Origin: Aminipila sp.
GTDB lineage: Bacteria; Bacillota; Clostridia; Peptostreptococcales; Anaerovoracaceae
Reading direction: 5' to 3'
DNA: 64,000 nt
NCBI RefSeq assembly: GCF_032051575.1
Contig: NZ_DAMBYD010000005.1
Span: 153,528-217,527 of the forward strand
The position numbers and the translations under genes are program-made. Numbering within the stretch: the stretch's first letter is position 1; each line of letters starts with the position of its first letter. The notes under the pieces were generated by a model that was not told the DNA's origin, ran no database searches, and saw only the letters and a list, made by a program, of their open reading frames with translations. Below, piece after piece: positions 62,409 through 64,000 of this stretch.

Positions 62409-63479
62409 TTAAATTGATTTTAACGCATTTATAAGTCGTTCATTTGAACTATGAGATTTAACTGCAATTCTATAGTATCCTTCTTTTAACCCTATGTAAT
62501 TACTACAATCCCTGATAATAATGCCTTTCTTTAAAAGCTTGTCCTTAAACGTAGAAACTTCATACCTACTCGCTTCATCTATCTTTATAAATATGTAATT
62601 AGCAGCAGGTTTATAGTTTTTTACTCCTAACTTATTAAGTTCTGCTACTAAATATTGTCTCTCTGCCCTTATTTCCTTAAGGGACTCCTCTAAATACTCA
62701 GTTTCCTTCAAAGCTTGAACCCCAGCAATTTGCGCCAGTACAGAAACTGTCCAAGGCTGCCCCATATCTGTAATCTTCTTGAGAAGCGCTTTATCACTTG
62801 ATAATCCATAACCTAATCTAAGTCCTGGCATTGCATAGCTCTTTGTAAAAGCCTTCAATATAAATAAATTCTTACACTGTTCAATATAAGATTTCATCGT
62901 GTATTTTTCATAATTCTCAACAAATTCTATAAAGCATTCATCAAGAACCAATAGGATGTCTTTTTCCACACATGCTTTTAGCACTTTATCTAATAAGTCT
63001 TTTGAAATAAGCTGGCCCGTAGGATTGTTAGGATTGCACAAGAAAACCACATCATAAGAAGAATCAAGTTTATCCAGATACTCTTCTCTTAATTTAAAAT
63101 CCTCATTCTCTTTCAGCTCATAGTGAACTGTTTCACATCCGACAGTATCTAAAGCTATTTCATACTCTGCAAATGTAGGAGCTAAAACTAATGCCTTTTT
63201 AGGCTTCAATGCCAGTGCAAACCTGAAAATTATATCGGCAGCACCATTACCACATAAAATGCACTCTCTGTCAATCCCCTCAAATTCAGACAGTGCTGAT
63301 GTGAGTTCTCTGCAAAGAGGATCAGGATAATTTACACAAGCGTCAAGGCCATCTATTATGGTCTGCTTTACTCTTTCTGGAAGGCCTTTCGGATTGATAT
63401 TCGCTGAAAAATCCAAAATATCTTCGATTCCCTTTTCCTTTGCACTATATATATCTCCACCATGAATTAAATTAGCCAT
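62409..63479 (-). CDS. cobD: Threonine-phosphate decarboxylase (class I/II aminotransferase fold, CobD type)
   Basis: HGGDIY N-terminus, [10 protein letters not shown] motif and a PLP lysine region ([16 protein letters not shown]). I set the start at ATG 63477-63479. Confidence 0.85.
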   Translation of the reverse strand: MANLIHGGDIYSAKEKGIEDILDFSANINPKGLPERVKQTIIDGLDACVNYPDPLCRELTSALSEFEGIDRECILCGNGAADIIFRFALALKPKKALVLAPTFAEYEIALDTVGCETVHYELKENEDFKLREEYLDKLDSSYDVVFLCNPNNPTGQLISKDLLDKVLKACVEKDILLVLDECFIEFVENYEKYTMKSYIEQCKNLFILKAFTKSYAMPGLRLGYGLSSDKALLKKITDMGQPWTVSVLAQIAGVQALKETEYLEESLKEIRAERQYLVAELNKLGVKNYKPAANYIFIKIDEASRYEVSTFKDKLLKKGIIIRDCSNYIGLKEGYYRIAVKSHSSNERLINALKSI

Positions 63480-64000
63480 CTTACCATTACCATTCCTAAC
63501 ATACAAACAATTAAAGTAATCCAAGCTGTACCATAAAGCAGCCTGTTTGAAAGAATAATATCTCTTTTCTCTATAGGTCTTGCATTATCCCCTATTGTTT
63601 TTTTCTCATATAATTTACCAAAATAATAAGCATTTCCAGCAAGTTGAACATTTAATGCCCCAGCACAAACAGCCTCTGTCTGTGCACTGTTTGGACTGGC
63701 ATGATTCAATCTGTCCCTTTTAAAAATTTTAGCTGCATTTTTAAAATCAAGTCCACAAAACAGGGATGCTATAATCATAAATATTCCGGATAATCTGGCT
63801 GGAATAAAATTTAAAACATCGTCAAGCTTAGCTGCAAATCTGCCAAAATATAAATATTTGTCGTTTTTGTATCCAATCATGGAATCCATAGTATTTACGG
63901 CTTTATATAAAAAGCCCAATGGAGCCCCGCCGATTGCCATGAATATCATTGGCGCAACAGTTCCATCCGAAGTATTCTCTGCTACGGTTTCCACAGTAGC
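63467..64000 (-). CDS. cbiB: Adenosylcobinamide-phosphate synthase CbiB, C-terminal part (5' end outside the window)
   Basis: The frame is open to the window edge. The AENTSDG motif and C-terminal TM helices are typical of CbiB/CobD membrane proteins. Confidence 0.85.
   Translation of the reverse strand, partial: ATVETVAENTSDGTVAPMIFMAIGGAPLGFLYKAVNTMDSMIGYKNDKYLYFGRFAAKLDDVLNFIPARLSGIFMIIASLFCGLDFKNAAKIFKRDRLNHASPNSAQTEAVCAGALNVQLAGNAYYFGKLYEKKTIGDNARPIEKRDIILSNRLLYGTAWITLIVCMLGMVMVRWLI

Noticed and set aside
1-64000. CRISPR arrays, IS elements or transposases, integrases, prophage or defence-system genes
   Set aside because: I found no spaced direct-repeat array. No ORF shows transposase, recombinase, phage-structural, restriction-modification or known defence signatures. 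The only repeats found are the 30-nt pair at 60.1-60.2 kb. The whole-window co-orientation on the minus strand fits a core leading-strand region.

Overview
64-kb chromosomal segment of a low-GC, Clostridia-like Firmicute. It holds about 58 protein genes, all but four on the minus strand, and most belong to core housekeeping operons. These are spoIIIAA-AD, mltG-trmR-U32, efp, rnj, nadD-yqeK-rsfS-leuS, relA-dtd-MBL-hemZ-hisS-aspS, yajC and secDF, and two tRNA-Leu. They continue with an ECF sigma/anti-sigma pair running into polA-coaE, dnaG-rpoD-trmK-nif3, RNase P RNA, a DUF47-PiT phosphate module with a Pho-box-like promoter, and the tail of a cobalamin operon (cbiB-cobD-cbiP-cbiC). I saw no transposase, integrase, phage gene or CRISPR array. 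The unusual material lies in two stretches, 36.7-40.6 kb and 58.9-60.2 kb. (1) An unannotated 29-codon BsrG-like toxin ORF has a sequestered SD, 5'-3' mRNA complementarity and a convergent consensus promoter for an antisense RNA, which together predict a type I toxin-antitoxin module. (2) A GC-rich structured leader ending in an intrinsic terminator sits upstream of a formate/nitrite-family transporter; I could not assign it to a riboswitch class. (3) A His/Cys-rich protein of unknown function has a predicted promoter overlapped by a perfect 26-bp palindrome. (4) A catalase-like gene is split into a 315-aa core lacking the proximal Tyr/Arg heme-ligand signature and a translationally coupled 61-aa C-terminal-domain ORF. 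(5) A 30-nt direct repeat pair carries a hairpin whose substitutions keep both copies foldable. Also noted are a spoIIIA operon that stops after spoIIIAD and a 1415-aa fused double-activase/dehydratase-like protein. All calls come from reading the sequence and from remembered family signatures; no database search was run.
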